Position numbers and translations under genes: made by a program | Part shown: positions 63,066-64,000 of the stretch, piece by piece | Numbering within the stretch: the first letter of the stretch is position 1 | How the letters are laid out: each line of letters opens with the position of its first letter | Source of the DNA: an uncultured Planctomycetales bacterium | GTDB lineage: Bacteria; Omnitrophota; Gorgyraeia; Aquiviventales; Aquiviventaceae | Reading direction: 5' to 3' | NCBI GenBank assembly: GCA_964373175.1 | Contig: CAYJTP010000002.1 | Location: forward strand, 40,402-104,401 | DNA length: 64,000 bases | The notes under the pieces: model-generated | What the model was told of the DNA's origin: nothing | Database searches by the model: none | The model's input: the letters and a program-made list of their open reading frames with translations, nothing else

Positions 63066-63114
63066 AGACATGAGGCACAGGAGACCAGACACAACAAATG
63101 GGTAGTAAAAAGAG

Positions 63115-63167
63115 GGGTCAGACCCTGTGCGGGAATTTTGTCAGTTTTCGTGCGAAGGGTCTGACCC
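63115..63167. terminator. Palindromic hairpin element (copy 2) 50 nt after the giant-ORF stop. It is a possible terminator or REP-like element, but it has no U-tract.
   Basis: The arms gggtcagaccc (63115-63125) and gggtctgaccc (63157-63167) form 11 Watson-Crick base pairs, plus one more pair t26:a56. The loop is 29-31 nt. The stem is the same as in the in-ORF element at 36428-36480, and the loops are related (about 68% identity) in inverted orientation. The downstream sequence gagcacgctcac is not T-rich. Confidence 0.4.
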
Positions 63168-63253
63168 TGAGCACGCTCACGGCAGGGGAACAGGGAAAGA
63201 GGGGACTGTCAAGAGTCTTCCAGGGCTCTCTTAGTACAAGATAAAAAAAGCAC

Positions 63254-63282
63254 TTGACAAGCTTTTTGAAAGATATTATTAT
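63254..63282 (+). promoter_or_regulatory. Sigma70-like promoter (TTGACA - 17 nt - TATTAT) in an AT-rich intergenic island, with an upstream A-tract
   Basis: In gcacTTGACAagctttttgaaagatatTATTATatgg the -35 hexamer is at 63254-63259 and the -10 is at 63277-63282. The A-run aaaaaaag at 63243-63250 is UP-element-like. The downstream gene starts at 63361. Confidence 0.5.
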
Positions 63283-63360
63283 ATGGCATCCTTTTCCTAT
63301 GTCTCGCTTGTGTCTAGGCTAACCACGGTGAGAGCTGATGGCTGTAAGAGGCCTGAAGTG

Positions 63361-64000
63361 ATGGGGAAGTCGAAGACAGGACGGCTTGGCATCTGGGCTG
63401 TCGTGTTCTTCTGCAGCGTGTTCCAGATCAGCCTAGCGGGTTCTAAAGTCGAGGCGGCTCAGACGTCCCAGGGTCTTCTGGACGCTTCCGATCTCGCCAT
63501 CCCCGAAGATCTTGGTTACGTGGTCGAAACTCATCGGCCAACCCCTTCCACCTCGTCCCATCCTGCCCTTGTTATCCACATCCAAGAAGCGCACACCAAC
63601 TACGAAGGCCAGCAGCACCTCGCGGGGATTCTCGAGCATCTCATCAAGCAGTACGGGCTTCGACTGATCCTCGTGGAAGGGGGGCAGGGGGATGTGGGCC
63701 TGTCCTACCTGCGCAGCTACGGTCCCCCAGAGACTCGCAAACAGGTCGCTGGCAAATACCTGAAAGCCGGCATCCTGAGCGGGGAGGAGTACTTGGATAT
63801 GGTCTCCGACTATCCGCTCATTCTCTGGGGGGTGGAGCAGCAGGATCTCTACCAGCAAAACGTCGAGGCGTTCCTGAAAGCCGAGGAAGTCCGGGATTCC
63901 CTGAAGCCCCTAGTCGCTTCGGTGAGGGAGGCGATCGAGCTCGTCAAACCCAAGGTGCAGGACCCCGCCCTGCAGGAGCTGGACACCAAGGGCCAGGCGT
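63361..64000 (+). CDS. Hypothetical secreted protein with an N-terminal signal peptide, 3'-partial (runs off the window)
   Basis: An RBS-like aagagg lies about 10 nt upstream of the ATG at 63361. The product begins MGKSKTGRLGIWAVVFFCSVFQISLAGSKVEAAQTS, a signal peptide. The frame has no stop to 64000. The overlapping minus ORF 63433..63858 looks like antisense junk. Confidence 0.5.
   Translation, partial: MGKSKTGRLGIWAVVFFCSVFQISLAGSKVEAAQTSQGLLDASDLAIPEDLGYVVETHRPTPSTSSHPALVIHIQEAHTNYEGQQHLAGILEHLIKQYGLRLILVEGGQGDVGLSYLRSYGPPETRKQVAGKYLKAGILSGEEYLDMVSDYPLILWGVEQQDLYQQNVEAFLKAEEVRDSLKPLVASVREAIELVKPKVQDPALQELDTKGQA

Noticed and set aside
3-63065. Reading the domains as an operon of separate genes (cmk, glucokinase, acd, tal and so on)
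   Set aside because: All the domains lie in one frame with no stop codon or plausible gene boundary between them over 63 kb. Linkers and TM segments are continuous coding.
63115-63167. Canonical Rho-independent terminator
   Set aside because: The stem is strong, but the loop is about 30 nt and there is no 3' U-tract. The element also occurs in-frame inside the ORF. For these reasons it is called a palindromic element with possible terminator function only.
63433-63858. Minus-strand ORF of 141 aa downstream of the giant gene
   Set aside because: It overlaps the plus-strand ORF, which has a promoter, an RBS and a signal peptide. Its own product looks like antisense translation.
1-64000. rRNA or tRNA genes
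   Set aside because: No cloverleaf-like or rRNA-like conserved segments were recognised. The whole window apart from the last ~900 nt is occupied by the giant ORF.

Overview
The window is about 58% GC and is dominated by a single uninterrupted plus-strand reading frame. The ORF track reports it as 21..63065 (21,014 codons). The frame is already open from the first in-frame codon at position 3 and has no upstream stop, so the gene is almost certainly 5'-truncated by the window edge (more than 63 kb in total).

This giant ORF reads as one mosaic protein. In order it contains:
- N-terminal tandem ~80-aa repeats and a YD/RHS-like beta-rich region.
- Many transmembrane clusters.
- More than 25 recognisable enzyme or signalling domains, all in the same frame. 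These include a CofD/YvcK-like domain, cytidylate kinase, three HAD-like phosphatases, a NAGPA-like phosphodiester glycosidase, a ROK sugar kinase, a 2H phosphoesterase, at least seven class-I methyltransferase folds, an RsbW-like HATPase, two CheY-like receivers, a PPP-type phosphatase, an acyl-CoA dehydrogenase, a transaldolase, a uridine-kinase-like P-loop, two nucleotidyltransferase heads, TPR blocks, a GT4 glycosyltransferase and an alpha/beta hydrolase.
- A tandem array of five transposase-type HTH repeats.
- Several of the catalytic motifs are degenerate.

The most unusual region is 51.4-53.8 kb. Three ~75-nt direct repeats (R1-R3) each encode a Gly-rich hydrophobic peptide in the giant frame. 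They bracket two cargo segments whose real genes lie on the minus strand: a DUF5678-like gene plus a retropepsin-like aspartic protease, and a small coiled-coil protein plus a DUF433/DUF5615 toxin-antitoxin-like pair. The plus-strand giant frame stays open straight through both segments as antisense-looking low-complexity sequence.

Other features:
- A ~900-nt AT-rich compositional island lies inside the ORF (10.6-11.5 kb).
- A ~53-nt palindromic element (GGGTCAGACCC stem) occurs in-frame inside the ORF and again as a hairpin just after the stop codon; the in-ORF site and two isolated half-sites (27.8 and 35.6 kb) encode the peptide QGQTP.
- There are perfect 45-nt and 28-nt direct repeats, and a GC-rich short tandem repeat inside a Pro/Gly/Arg linker.
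- Downstream of the stop, an AT-rich intergenic region carries a strong sigma70-like promoter driving a 3'-partial gene for a signal-peptide protein.
- I did not see any rRNA, tRNA or CRISPR array.
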